Shown: positions 29,795 through 38,711 of the stretch, piece after piece
Position numbering within the stretch: position 1 is the first letter of the stretch
Layout of the letters: every line of letters starts with the position of its first letter
Position numbers and translations under genes: made by a program
The notes under the pieces: model-generated
The model's database searches: none
What the model was told of the DNA's origin: nothing
What the model saw: the letters and a program-made list of their open reading frames with translations, nothing else
NCBI GenBank assembly: GCA_964431125.1
Contig: CAYSII010000002.1
Coordinates: forward strand, 30,301 to 94,300
Direction: 5' to 3'
Length of the DNA: 64,000 nucleotides
From: an uncultured Methanolinea sp.
GTDB lineage: Archaea > Halobacteriota > Methanomicrobia > Methanomicrobiales > Methanospirillaceae

Positions 29795-30110
29795 CAGGCG
29801 ACCTTGCGGACGTCATCATCTACGGGTACGGATACTCCTATGGCAGGGGTGTCCTGGTGAGAAATCCCGGGGGCATCATCTCTCCCGGCAGCGGACCGTC
29901 GGTGTGACAGCCAGTAAGATTCGGTCAAAGTCATCACCCCGGATGAGATAGAGGCCGGGAAAGCGCAGGTCTTGCACCTGATATGATCTCTTTTTGACCG
30001 ATGCGGCCTGCTTCATATAGGAGGGGAAGGAGGAGGCATTATGGCACATTGGGAGGGTTTTTAGGGAATCAAGGCACGAACCCCCGTTCACCCCAGTCAG
30101 GGTTTCAAGA

Positions 30111-30229
30111 ACGAATATGATTATTGTAATGAATTAATTTATAAATTCAAATAATTTATAGATAATATTGCTTAAAGTGCGAATTTTATTTGGTTAAATT
30201 TAATTAATCTTATGAAAAATTAAAAAAGT
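30111..30229 (+). promoter_or_regulatory. extremely AT-rich promoter/operator region of the ABC importer operon
   Basis: About 120 bp at well above 80% A+T in a roughly 60% GC genome. Several TATA-like tracts, plus palindromes AATTTATAAATT (30136-30147), TTAAATTTAA (30194-30203) and TTAATTAA (30200-30207). Confidence 0.55.
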
Positions 30230-31393
30230 ATGAAAAAAATTCCTGGAAGAGCAATGATAATAGTGACGGTCTTCGCACTGATCCTGGTCGTCGGATGCGT
30301 GAACACCACCAGCTCATCGACTGAAGCTCCTCCGGCAGCCTCCGGAAAGGCTGCGCCAATCACCATGAAGGATGGGTTCGGGAGAAACGTGACTGTCCCG
30401 GTACCGCTCGAGCGGGTAGTCTGCTCGGGATCGGGATGCCTCCGCTACCTCGTCTACATGCAGGCAAAGGACCTTGTGGTCGGGGTTGACGACATCGAAA
30501 AGAAGGACCAGGCAGTCGAAGGGCGCCCCTATGCCCTCGCATGGGGGTCACAGTTCAAGGCGCTTCCGCTCATCGGCGAGTTCAGGGGCAAGGATGACCC
30601 TGAGAAGATTATCGGGATCGGCCCGCAGGTGGTTTTCAAGACCGGCTCCACGGGAACGGCATATGCCACGAGCGCGGCGGATGCCGACAAGCTCCAGGAG
30701 AAGACTGGTATTCCTGTCGTGGCATTTCCCTATGGATCGCTCCGGAACGACGCCGAGAAGGCCGAGATGTACGCAGGACTCCGCGTGATGGGCAAAGCGC
30801 TTGGAAAGGAAGACCGTGCGGAAGAGATCATCGCGTATATCGAGGCGACGATAAAGGACCTCCAGTCAAGGACCGCGGATATTCCGGAAACCAATCGGAA
30901 GACGGCATACGTTGCAGGCGTCAGCTTTGCCGGGGCGCACGGCGTCATCTCTACCGAACCAGCCTATCCGCCATTCCTCTGGGTGAACGCAAAGAACGTC
31001 GCCGCGGGAATGGGGACCGCCCATGCCGACATTGCCAAGGAGGCCCTTGTCGAGTGGGACCCTGAATATATCTTCGTCGATGTAGGGACCCTCCAGCTGG
31101 ACAACCAGGGAGCACTCGGGGAGCTGAAGAGCGACCCTGCGCTCCGGGGACTCTCTGCGGTTAAAGAGGGCAGGGTCTACGGGGTGCTCCCTTACAATTT
31201 CTACAACACGAACTACGAGTCGGTGCTCGCAGATGCCTACTTCGTCGGTAAGATCCTCTACCCCGACCAGTTTGCCGACATCGACCCGGTGCGGAAGGCA
31301 GATGAGATCTATACGTTCTTTGTCGGAAAGCCGGTTTTCCTGCAGATGAATAGCCAGTACGGAGGGTTCGGGTTCTCGCAGATCCGGGTGTAA
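30230..31393 (+). CDS. ABC transporter periplasmic-type substrate-binding lipoprotein (Fe3+-siderophore/corrinoid, cluster A-2/BtuF-FepB-like)
   Basis: Signal + lipobox LILVVGC. Peripla_BP_2-like blocks (RVVCSGSGCLRYLVY, PQVVF, DPEYIFVD). Confidence 0.85.
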   Translation: MKKIPGRAMIIVTVFALILVVGCVNTTSSSTEAPPAASGKAAPITMKDGFGRNVTVPVPLERVVCSGSGCLRYLVYMQAKDLVVGVDDIEKKDQAVEGRPYALAWGSQFKALPLIGEFRGKDDPEKIIGIGPQVVFKTGSTGTAYATSAADADKLQEKTGIPVVAFPYGSLRNDAEKAEMYAGLRVMGKALGKEDRAEEIIAYIEATIKDLQSRTADIPETNRKTAYVAGVSFAGAHGVISTEPAYPPFLWVNAKNVAAGMGTAHADIAKEALVEWDPEYIFVDVGTLQLDNQGALGELKSDPALRGLSAVKEGRVYGVLPYNFYNTNYESVLADAYFVGKILYPDQFADIDPVRKADEIYTFFVGKPVFLQMNSQYGGFGFSQIRV

Positions 31394-31443
31394 ATGCAGG
31401 CATGACCACGGACGGTGCAGTACGGGGAGGGTGGTGAGACAGG

Positions 31444-32514
31444 ATGCATTTTGCTGACGGAGAGGTTCCTGCCGACTACCTTGGCTATATCCGAAACAAG
31501 GTCTCCTGGATACTCGGGGGGATTCTCGTCCTCCTTGTCCTCTTCGTGTATTCGATCTCGGTAGGTGCAGTCGAGATACCCCTCCAGGAGGTCATCGCCA
31601 CGCTCCTTGGCCAGAACATCTCCCACAAGTGGGATGCGATCATCTGGAACATCCGGCTCCCCCAGGCGCTGACGGCAATCGCGGCGGGCGTGGGGCTCTC
31701 GGTCGCCGGTGTCGCAATGCAGTCAATCCTCCGGAACCCACTTGGGTCACCGTTCACGCTCGGTATCTCCAATGCCGGGGCATTCGGGGCGGCAGTCTCC
31801 GTCATCGTGCTTGAGACCGGCACCATGCAGTCAAGGGTGGCAGATGCGGTCACCATCAACAACCCTTACCTGACGACCATCATGGCGTTCATCTTCTGCC
31901 TGCTTGCAACCGCCGTGATCCTGCTCATCTCGCGGATCCGGGGAGCGTCTCCCGAGGTGATGGTGCTTGCCGGGGTCGCACTCTCCTCGCTCTTTACTGC
32001 CGGGACCATGTTCCTGCAGTTCTTCTCGAACGATGCCCAGCTTGCGGCAGTGGTCTTCTGGACGTTTGGGGATGTCTCCCGTGCAAGCTGGCCGGAGCTG
32101 GCGCTCATCGCGGTCATTGTCGCGGCAGCGACCATCTATTTCATTGCGAACCGCTGGAACTACAACGCGATCGATGCCGGTGATGAGACTGCGAAGGGAC
32201 TCGGCGTGAACGTGGAGCAGGTGCGCCTGGCGGGGATGGTCGTCGCGGCGCTCGTCTCGGCCGTGATTGTTGCCTTCCTCGGCGTGATCGGGTTCGTGGG
32301 GCTCGTGTGTCCCCATATGGCGAGGAGGGTCATCGGCGACGACCAGCGGTACCTCACCGCGGGGTCCGCCGTGATGGGAGGGGTCCTCCTGCTTGCATCG
32401 GACACAGTGGCACGCCTGATCGTCGCACCCTACGTGCTGCCGGTCGCAGTCCTGACTGCGTTCATGGGTGCGCCAGCTTTCATCTACCTGCTGCTCAGGG
32501 GGTATCGAAGATGA
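31444..32514 (+). CDS. iron/corrinoid ABC transporter permease (FecCD/BtuC family)
   Basis: RLPQALTAIAAGVGLSVAGVAMQSILRNPLGSPFTLGIS and a C-terminal PVAVLTAFMGAPAFIYLL block. Confidence 0.92.
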   Translation: MHFADGEVPADYLGYIRNKVSWILGGILVLLVLFVYSISVGAVEIPLQEVIATLLGQNISHKWDAIIWNIRLPQALTAIAAGVGLSVAGVAMQSILRNPLGSPFTLGISNAGAFGAAVSVIVLETGTMQSRVADAVTINNPYLTTIMAFIFCLLATAVILLISRIRGASPEVMVLAGVALSSLFTAGTMFLQFFSNDAQLAAVVFWTFGDVSRASWPELALIAVIVAAATIYFIANRWNYNAIDAGDETAKGLGVNVEQVRLAGMVVAALVSAVIVAFLGVIGFVGLVCPHMARRVIGDDQRYLTAGSAVMGGVLLLASDTVARLIVAPYVLPVAVLTAFMGAPAFIYLLLRGYRR

Positions 32515-33290
32515 TCCTCTCTGTTGACGAACTCCGGTTCCTCTACAGGAACCATGAAGTGCTCGCGGATATCGCGTTCTCCATTGATGAAGGGGAGATC
32601 ATGGCGATCCTCGGGCCAAACGGGGTCGGAAAGACCACGCTCCTCAAGTGCCTGAACCGCATCCTGACGCCTCGGGGAGGCGCCGTTCTCCTCGATGGCA
32701 ATGACCTCTCCCGGCTTGACATGAGGGAGATCGCCCGGAAGGTGGGGTATGTCCCCCAGCGGGTCGAGACCGGGAGGCTCACGGCGTTTGACGCGGTCCT
32801 CCTCGGAAGGCGACCTCACATCGGTTGGGACGTGACTGAGAAAGACCTGCGAGTCGTGGATGCGGTGTTCAGGCGGTTCCAGATGGATCACCTCCGGCTC
32901 TCCTATATCGACGAGATGAGCGGGGGCGAGCTCCAGAAGATCGCGATCGCCCGTGCCCTTGTCCAGGAGCCAAAGGTCCTCCTCCTCGATGAGCCGACGA
33001 GCAACCTCGACCTGAAGAACCAGGTCAATATCCTCTCCATCATCGCCCAAATCGTCCGCGAGCATCACATCGCGGCCGTGATGACGATGCACGACCTCAA
33101 CCAGGCGCTCAGGTTCGCCGACCGGTTCATCTTCCTCAAAGGCGGCAGGGTCTACTCGCACGGCGGGCACGATGTGGTGAGCCCCGGAGTGATCGAAGAG
33201 GTGTATGGACTCCCGGTGGTCATCGGGGAGCTCGCAGGTGTCCGCTGCGTGGTCCCTGCAGGAGAGGCCTGTGAACTGGTGAATGATTGA
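32511..33290 (+). CDS. ABC transporter ATP-binding protein (FepC/BtuD-like)
   Basis: Walker A GPNGVGKTT, signature MSGGELQK, Walker B LLLDEPTSNLD. ATGA overlap with the permease; the track start 32307 is rejected. Confidence 0.92.
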   Translation: MILSVDELRFLYRNHEVLADIAFSIDEGEIMAILGPNGVGKTTLLKCLNRILTPRGGAVLLDGNDLSRLDMREIARKVGYVPQRVETGRLTAFDAVLLGRRPHIGWDVTEKDLRVVDAVFRRFQMDHLRLSYIDEMSGGELQKIAIARALVQEPKVLLLDEPTSNLDLKNQVNILSIIAQIVREHHIAAVMTMHDLNQALRFADRFIFLKGGRVYSHGGHDVVSPGVIEEVYGLPVVIGELAGVRCVVPAGEACELVND

Positions 33291-33309
33291 TATTGTATTC
33301 ATCCCATAA

Positions 33310-33972
33310 ATGGAGATACCCATGTGCGAGAACCAGGAAGGAACCCATTCTCACTCACATTTCCCTTCGTTTGAAGAATGCGTCGCGTTCCACGGTCACG
33401 CCTGCCCCGGGCTTGCGACCGGGTACCGGGTCGCGACCGCCGCGATGAAGAGGCTCGGGGTTGCGCGGCCCTACGACGAGGAACTCGTCTGCGTCGCGGA
33501 GACCGATGCCTGCGGGGTCGACGCCATCCAGGTAATAACCGGCTGCACCGCGGGGAAGGGAAACCTCGTCATCCACGACTATGGAAAGCACGCCTTCTCG
33601 TTCTTCTCCCGTAACACGAACCGGGCCATCCGCGTCCGTGTCTGCGAGGCTGAGAGGGGCGGGCGGCCGGCGATGGACGCACTCCGCAAGAAAGTCTTCT
33701 CGGGGACCGCCTCACACGAGGAGGAGAGAATATTCCGGGAGCTCATGCAGGAGGCAACGGCACGCATCCTCTCTGTCCCGGAGGACACGCTGCTGCAGAT
33801 CGCTGAGATCTCGTCATCACCTCCGGCGACGGCGAGGATCTTTGCCACGATCACCTGCGCCTGCTGCGGGGAGCCTGTCGCAGACGCAAAGACCCGCGTG
33901 GTCGATGGCTCGCGGGTCTGCATCCCCTGCGCCGAATCCCGTGCGCAGGGCGGGGAGCGCCGCTCTCCATGA
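33310..33972 (+). CDS. FmdE-family protein with C-terminal zinc ribbon
   Basis: FHGHACPGLATGYRV and DACGVDAIQVITGCTAGKGNL FmdE-domain blocks. C-terminal CACCG..CIPC. Confidence 0.85.
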   Translation: MEIPMCENQEGTHSHSHFPSFEECVAFHGHACPGLATGYRVATAAMKRLGVARPYDEELVCVAETDACGVDAIQVITGCTAGKGNLVIHDYGKHAFSFFSRNTNRAIRVRVCEAERGGRPAMDALRKKVFSGTASHEEERIFRELMQEATARILSVPEDTLLQIAEISSSPPATARIFATITCACCGEPVADAKTRVVDGSRVCIPCAESRAQGGERRSP

Positions 33973-34397
33973 AGATAGAACTCCACCCCATCGGGTTCGT
34001 CCGGTCCCCCTACCGGGAACGGGGGGATGCCCCCCGGCAGGGGAGGCTCTCGGACACGGTCTCGGAGATCGTGATCGACCCTGCTTACGAGGAGGGGCTC
34101 TTCCGCGTCGGGGAGAAGACCCACCTCTTTGTCCTCTGCTGGTTCGACCGTGCGGACCGGGAGAGGCTCCGGGTCACGCCGCCGAAAAACCCGGTCGAGC
34201 ACGGGGTGTTTGCCACGCGTTCGCCGGATCGCCCGAACCCCGTCTCGATATCCGTCGTCGATCTCCTCGGGATAAAGGGGTGTGTCCTTTCGGTCCGCGG
34301 CCTCGATGCACTTGACGGCACGCCGGTCATCGATATCAAGCCGTTTGTACCGGATATCGATATTCCCGGGTGGGAAGAAAAGAAGGGAGAAGAATAG
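33969..34397 (+). CDS. TrmO/TsaA (YaeB, UPF0066) family SAM-dependent methyltransferase-like protein
   Basis: LHPIGFVRSPY, FATRSPDRPNPV, LDALDGTPVIDIKPF. ATGA overlap with the FmdE-family gene. Confidence 0.85.
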   Translation: MKIELHPIGFVRSPYRERGDAPRQGRLSDTVSEIVIDPAYEEGLFRVGEKTHLFVLCWFDRADRERLRVTPPKNPVEHGVFATRSPDRPNPVSISVVDLLGIKGCVLSVRGLDALDGTPVIDIKPFVPDIDIPGWEEKKGEE

Positions 34398-34714
34398 CGC
34401 CACTTTTTCTGCGAGTCACGGTCCACGACGACAGAAGGTGTGGGATTATCACCTCATCCGTCTCTTGTGAGAAAGAAGGGGCGCTGTCGCTTTCGTATCC
34501 TGGTGAGACCATCTCCGGCTGTTCCCGGAAAGGGCGCCATGGGAAAGTTCGACTGTTCAGTGGTATCCGGACAATACGTCAATTCACCCCCCTCCACCAA
34601 AAAAAGCTATGAAATACCAGAAAGACTCCTTCCATTTCCCAACTTCCGATTGCATGTGCGATCCCGGGCGTTCACGGAGACTGCGTGGCGTGGCTCCCCG
34701 CTTCTCCTGCTCCC

Positions 34715-34894
34715 CTACTCATGCATCAGGGTCCAGACTGCGATGTACATGATCACGCCGATCCCGACCGGGAGCATGGTGAGGACTACGAAGAGTATCC
34801 GGATGACGACCGGGTCGATCTCTGAATAGCTCCCTATATTTCCCAACACTCCTCCGGTAAGCTTGCCTTCCTTCATTCGTATGAGCCGTTTCAT
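34715..34894 (-). CDS. PspC-domain membrane protein (59 aa)
   Basis: MKRLIRMKEGKLTGGVLGNIGSYSEIDPVVIRILFVVLTML.. is the typical PspC N-terminal pattern followed by a TM helix. Confidence 0.7.
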   Translation of the reverse strand: MKRLIRMKEGKLTGGVLGNIGSYSEIDPVVIRILFVVLTMLPVGIGVIMYIAVWTLMHE

Positions 34895-34977
34895 GGCGAA
34901 TATACCGCTCCCCCCGGGAAACACTCTTCCTTCCCTCCCAAACCTGCATATCCCACCGGGCCGAACAGTACACCTGC

Positions 34978-35460
34978 ATGGCTTTCTTCTGCCAGCAGTG
35001 CGGTGAATGCTGCAGCGTGATGGGACAGGTATTTGCCATTATCCGGCAAATCGACGAGTTCCGCTTCCTCATCCGGAACGAGTACACCGGCGACACCCAG
35101 GAAGTGGAGGTGGCCCCGCCGCTTCGCCGGCTCTTTGCGGAGTCCCTCGTCCCCGCTGAGTGGGAGAACCCCTGCCCGTTTCTCCGGCTGGACCGAACCC
35201 TGGGGCTATCGTTCTGCACGGTGCACCAGACCCGGCCCGACGTCTGCCGGGAGTACCAGTGCTGGCGGGTCCTGGTCCTTGACAGAGAGGGGCGGAGGGT
35301 CGCCCGGGTCATGGAGCCGCGGTACCTCCACCTCGAGGAGGAGGGACTTGTCCCGTCATGGATGGCGTTCCGGGAGAGGATGGATGACCTCTCTGACGAC
35401 GAGTGGGATGCGGCCGCTGCCCGGTTCTTTCGCGAACGCGGGTACTCTGTTTTTATCTGA
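34978..35460 (+). CDS. YkgJ-family cysteine-cluster protein (second paralog)
   Basis: FFCQQCGECCS and CPFL..FCTVHQTRPDVCREYQC. Confidence 0.75.
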   Translation: MAFFCQQCGECCSVMGQVFAIIRQIDEFRFLIRNEYTGDTQEVEVAPPLRRLFAESLVPAEWENPCPFLRLDRTLGLSFCTVHQTRPDVCREYQCWRVLVLDREGRRVARVMEPRYLHLEEEGLVPSWMAFRERMDDLSDDEWDAAAARFFRERGYSVFI

Positions 35461-35552
35461 CCCGTTCATGACGGTTACCGGGAGAATAATGGAAAAATCT
35501 CCTGATTTCCCTTCCCAGGCACCGTGATCTGGCCCTGTAAGGAGGCCTCGTC

Positions 35553-35559
35553 TTTTTTT
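35553..35559 (+). terminator. oligo-T tract (T7) downstream of the YkgJ paralog
   Basis: TCTTTTTTTG about 90 nt after the stop. Archaeal termination commonly uses oligo-T. Confidence 0.3.
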
Positions 35560-35696
35560 GCGGCCCCTCGTTATGAGTTGAAAAAAAAGGAGATGATATC
35601 ATGGGACAGGATCCCTTCCCCCTTCCCTGTCCGGGGTTGACCTGCCGCATTTATGTAGGAAAGTAACGAGATACTGGGGGAAGGAGGCTTGCTACC

Positions 35697-36236
35697 ATGA
35701 ATGAAGAGGGTAAAATACCGGAAAACCCCCCTGATGAACAGCCCGATCCGTGCGAGAGAGGGACCCCCAGGGGGCAATTCCCTGTCGGGCATGCGAGCAG
35801 GGTCGTCTTCTTCCTTGCCGTGATCGGGTCCGGACTCCTCTCCATCTCCCTCTTTTTCTACGGGTTCGTCATCACGATCTCGAGCCTCGCCTTTGCACTC
35901 GCTCATTTTTCATTCGGGATCGAGGAAATGAAGCACACCATGGCAGTCGCCGTGGAGATCATCGACCTCTTTCTCGTTGCAACGGTCTTCTACATCATCT
36001 CCCTCGGGCTGTACGAGCTGTTCATTGCGAAAGCACCGCTCCCCGGCTGGCTCAAGATCTGCGACGTGGACGATCTCAAAGAGAAACTCCTAGGCCTTGT
36101 TGCCATTGCACTCGCCGTGCTCTTCCTTGGCGAATCGCTCGTCTGGCCCAACGGGACGGGGGATCTCCTCTCCTATGGCATTGCCAATGCAGCCATCATC
36201 GGCGCAATAGCCCTGTATATTCGGATAAAGCACTGA
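35697..36236 (+). CDS. YqhA/UPF0114-family membrane protein
   Basis: Multi-TM protein with EIIDLFLVATVFYIISLGLYELFI and LKEKLLGLVAIAL blocks. A GGAGG lies upstream of the ATG. Confidence 0.65.
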   Translation: MNEEGKIPENPPDEQPDPCERGTPRGQFPVGHASRVVFFLAVIGSGLLSISLFFYGFVITISSLAFALAHFSFGIEEMKHTMAVAVEIIDLFLVATVFYIISLGLYELFIAKAPLPGWLKICDVDDLKEKLLGLVAIALAVLFLGESLVWPNGTGDLLSYGIANAAIIGAIALYIRIKH

Positions 36237-36306
36237 ACGGCTGTATCTTTCCGGGCAGGAAGACCGTGAATGATATTTATCACGTCCGGCTCCCACCATA
36301 CTGCTC

Positions 36307-36885
36307 ATGCGAGTCGTTGCGTTCAGTGGAAGCCCGAGGAAGGGTGGAAACACGGAGAGACTGCTCCTTCGCGTCTGCTCCATCCTCGAAGAAGAGGGAA
36401 TCGGGACAGAACTTGTCCATGTCGGCGGAGAGAAGGTCCATGGATGCACAGCCTGCGGGAAATGCTTTGCGAACCAGGATGGAAGGTGCGTCTTTGACGA
36501 CGATATCATCAACGATTGCATCGGAAAGATGGCGGCATCCGACGGGATCCTGATCGGATCGCCCACGTACTTCGCCGATGTCTCCCCGGAAACAAAGGCC
36601 CTCATCGACAGGGCAGGTTTCGTTGCAATGGCAAACGGACGGATGTTCTCCCGCAAGGTTGGCGCGGCTGTCGTGGCAGTCCGGAGGGCTGGCGGGATCC
36701 ATGCCTTCGATACCATCAATCACTTCTTTGGCATCAGCAACATGATCACCGTGGGATCGATCTACTGGAACATCGGAATCGGGATGAACCCCGGGGACGT
36801 GGAGCGCGATAACGAGGGGATGGCCACCATGGAAGCCCTCGGGAAAAACATGGCCTGGCTCTTAAAAAAGCTGCAGGCCAGATAG
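36307..36885 (+). CDS. iron-sulfur flavoprotein (Isf-like, NADPH-dependent FMN reductase/flavodoxin fold)
   Basis: MRVVAFSGSPRKGGNT FMN loop and the compact cysteine motif CTACGKCFANQDGRC (CX2CX2CX7C), followed by IGSPTYF. Confidence 0.82.
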   Translation: MRVVAFSGSPRKGGNTERLLLRVCSILEEEGIGTELVHVGGEKVHGCTACGKCFANQDGRCVFDDDIINDCIGKMAASDGILIGSPTYFADVSPETKALIDRAGFVAMANGRMFSRKVGAAVVAVRRAGGIHAFDTINHFFGISNMITVGSIYWNIGIGMNPGDVERDNEGMATMEALGKNMAWLLKKLQAR

Positions 36886-36953
36886 CGTCCTGGAAAAGGA
36901 GAGAATTCCTCCGATGGTATTCCGGGGTTTTCATCCGGGTTTTTCTGTCCGGA

Positions 36954-37265
36954 TCAATCCCCCTCTTGCCCGAGGGTCTCCCGCAGCACCCTGAAATCCT
37001 CTTCGTTTGCGTCGGCCTCGACGAGTATCGGGCCGAAACAGGGCTTGACAAACGGAATCAGAATTTTCTTCTTTTTCACCTTGAACCCAAGGGGCATCGG
37101 CTTTTTGAGGAGGATGGTGACCCCGCGGAGGGAAAAGTTTGGAGGGATATAGTACCATTCGGAACAGTTTTCCATGACGTAAGATTCCACCGATTCTTCC
37201 GTTGTATCCTTGAGGAGGATCTTTCCCCTTATCTTGTTGATGCAGCGTGGTTGCGGGACCATCAT
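36954..37265 (-). CDS. hypothetical protein (103 aa)
   Basis: ORF with genome-typical third-position GC. Lys-rich central loop and a PFVKPCFGPILVE block. No family assigned with confidence. Confidence 0.55.
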   Translation of the reverse strand: MMVPQPRCINKIRGKILLKDTTEESVESYVMENCSEWYYIPPNFSLRGVTILLKKPMPLGFKVKKKKILIPFVKPCFGPILVEADANEEDFRVLRETLGQEGD

Positions 37266-37494
37266 GGTGTAATCTGGATGAAAAAGTCAATAAATGCGTG
37301 TTTCCGGGAGATGGGAGAAATGCATTTTCCTTCCCTGCCCCTGTCTCCCGGACGCCGGTGCACATTCCATCTCATGCCGGGATTCCTTGCAAGAGCCCGG
37401 AGCAAACGGCTGGGGGCAGGGCTGGAACTCCCCCGGCATCGTGGTTTTACTGGCAGCTTTCCGGCATACTGCTCTCTCCATGCCATCTATCCTG

Positions 37495-38559
37495 TCAGTG
37501 ACCGGCCAGCGGCAGCGTAAAAAGGATGATCTCGAGAGCAATGAGGATGATGACGATCCACTCGAGGAAATGGGCATGCTGGACGTTCACCTCGTCCGAG
37601 AGCATCCTGTAGGTCTCGCGAATCGTCGAGAGCCTCCTGTTGACGCTCTGGCTCCATGAATCACTTCTCAGGGCATGCAGGGCGGCCGCGTACACCCTTG
37701 CATAGTAGATATCGTCCGTGACCTTGATCAGGTTGTTGATATCCTCGACAATCTCGGAGACCTCTGCCTGCTCGCTCATCAGATCCTTCATCAGCTTCCG
37801 GTAGTGGAGGGAACGGATCAGCCACCACTGGCGATCCGCATTCTCGATATCATCGTACATCCTGTCCATCTGCCGGGAGAGCTCCCTGTCGTAGAAACGG
37901 AGTTCGAGGACCTGGACTGCCGCAAACTCGATCAGCTCGATCAGGTCAACAGGGGGACCGGGCGAGAAGATGACTGCTCCGCCCCACGAGAGGACTGCCC
38001 TTTCGTCAGGGTAGTAGGAGAAAGAGTACTGGAGGGTTTCCCGCCGTATCTCCGGCGAGAACTCTGCATCCTCCCCGAGCAGGATGACGACAGGGTCAAG
38101 GGACGGATCCTGCCGGTCGGCAAGGTAGATCGTGTAGTCATCGTAAAAGGCCGGGTCGACCGGCCGGGTCCCGATGTGAACGGAGAGGATACCCCGGAGT
38201 TCGGACAGCGCTGCATCGAAAAAGCGGGAGAGGGTATCCCGCCCGGAGAGCGAGAGAGCCATCTCCCGGAGGGCCAGAGGAGGTGCATCCATCTCTTCCA
38301 GGGACAGGCAGAGCGAGAACGCACCGAACTCGTAGATCCGGGCCATGACGGAGAGCGGGAGAGTACCCCTGACGGTCTCGATCGACATCCCCGGGAGCCT
38401 GATGAGGAGGGGGGGCTGGTCGATGATGATCGATGTGGGACTGACCCTCTGGAACCGGAAACGCGATGTTGCCATGCTCCTGGCAAGCCCTTCCTCGAGC
38501 CCCCGGAGATCGATCTCCTCGCCGATATCAAAGATCCGGTAGAAACGGATTGCGTACAT
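37495..38559 (-). CDS. RMD1/YagE (DUF155)-like protein with C-terminal TM helix
   Basis: Size and layout fit: a soluble roughly 320-aa domain with a GGAVIF block, a coiled region, then a terminal EWIVIILIALEIILFTL helix. Assignment is tentative. Confidence 0.6.
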   Translation of the reverse strand: MYAIRFYRIFDIGEEIDLRGLEEGLARSMATSRFRFQRVSPTSIIIDQPPLLIRLPGMSIETVRGTLPLSVMARIYEFGAFSLCLSLEEMDAPPLALREMALSLSGRDTLSRFFDAALSELRGILSVHIGTRPVDPAFYDDYTIYLADRQDPSLDPVVILLGEDAEFSPEIRRETLQYSFSYYPDERAVLSWGGAVIFSPGPPVDLIELIEFAAVQVLELRFYDRELSRQMDRMYDDIENADRQWWLIRSLHYRKLMKDLMSEQAEVSEIVEDINNLIKVTDDIYYARVYAAALHALRSDSWSQSVNRRLSTIRETYRMLSDEVNVQHAHFLEWIVIILIALEIILFTLPLAGH

Positions 38560-38711
38560 GGAGAACCGGTCTTACCCTGTTGTTTGAGAGTATGGAGCAG
38601 GCAAGGAATTTAGCCTTTCCGCGGGTCTGTCCGTCATTGCACGATGGAAGCTCCCTCTGATCTGCAGCATGCACGAGCAGTTTTTTCCTTCCGGGAAAGA
38701 AACTGTATGGC

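Noticed and set aside
29437-30229. Possible cobalamin (B12) riboswitch ahead of the BtuFCD-like importer
   Set aside because: I could not find a B12-box-like conserved core or the expected GC-rich multi-stem architecture. The segment next to the start codon is almost pure A/T. This should still be checked with Infernal, since I cannot run it.
30111-30229. AT-rich island as a replication origin
   Set aside because: There is no orc1/cdc6 gene nearby and no ORB-like repeated GC-containing boxes flanking the AT stretch. At about 120 bp and directly abutting an operon start, it fits a promoter better.
33579-34403. 274-aa minus ORF and 244-aa plus ORF overlapping the FmdE/TrmO-like genes
   Set aside because: These are alternate frames of two genes with clear family motifs. 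Their Arg/Pro/Gly-rich composition marks them as high-GC artefacts.
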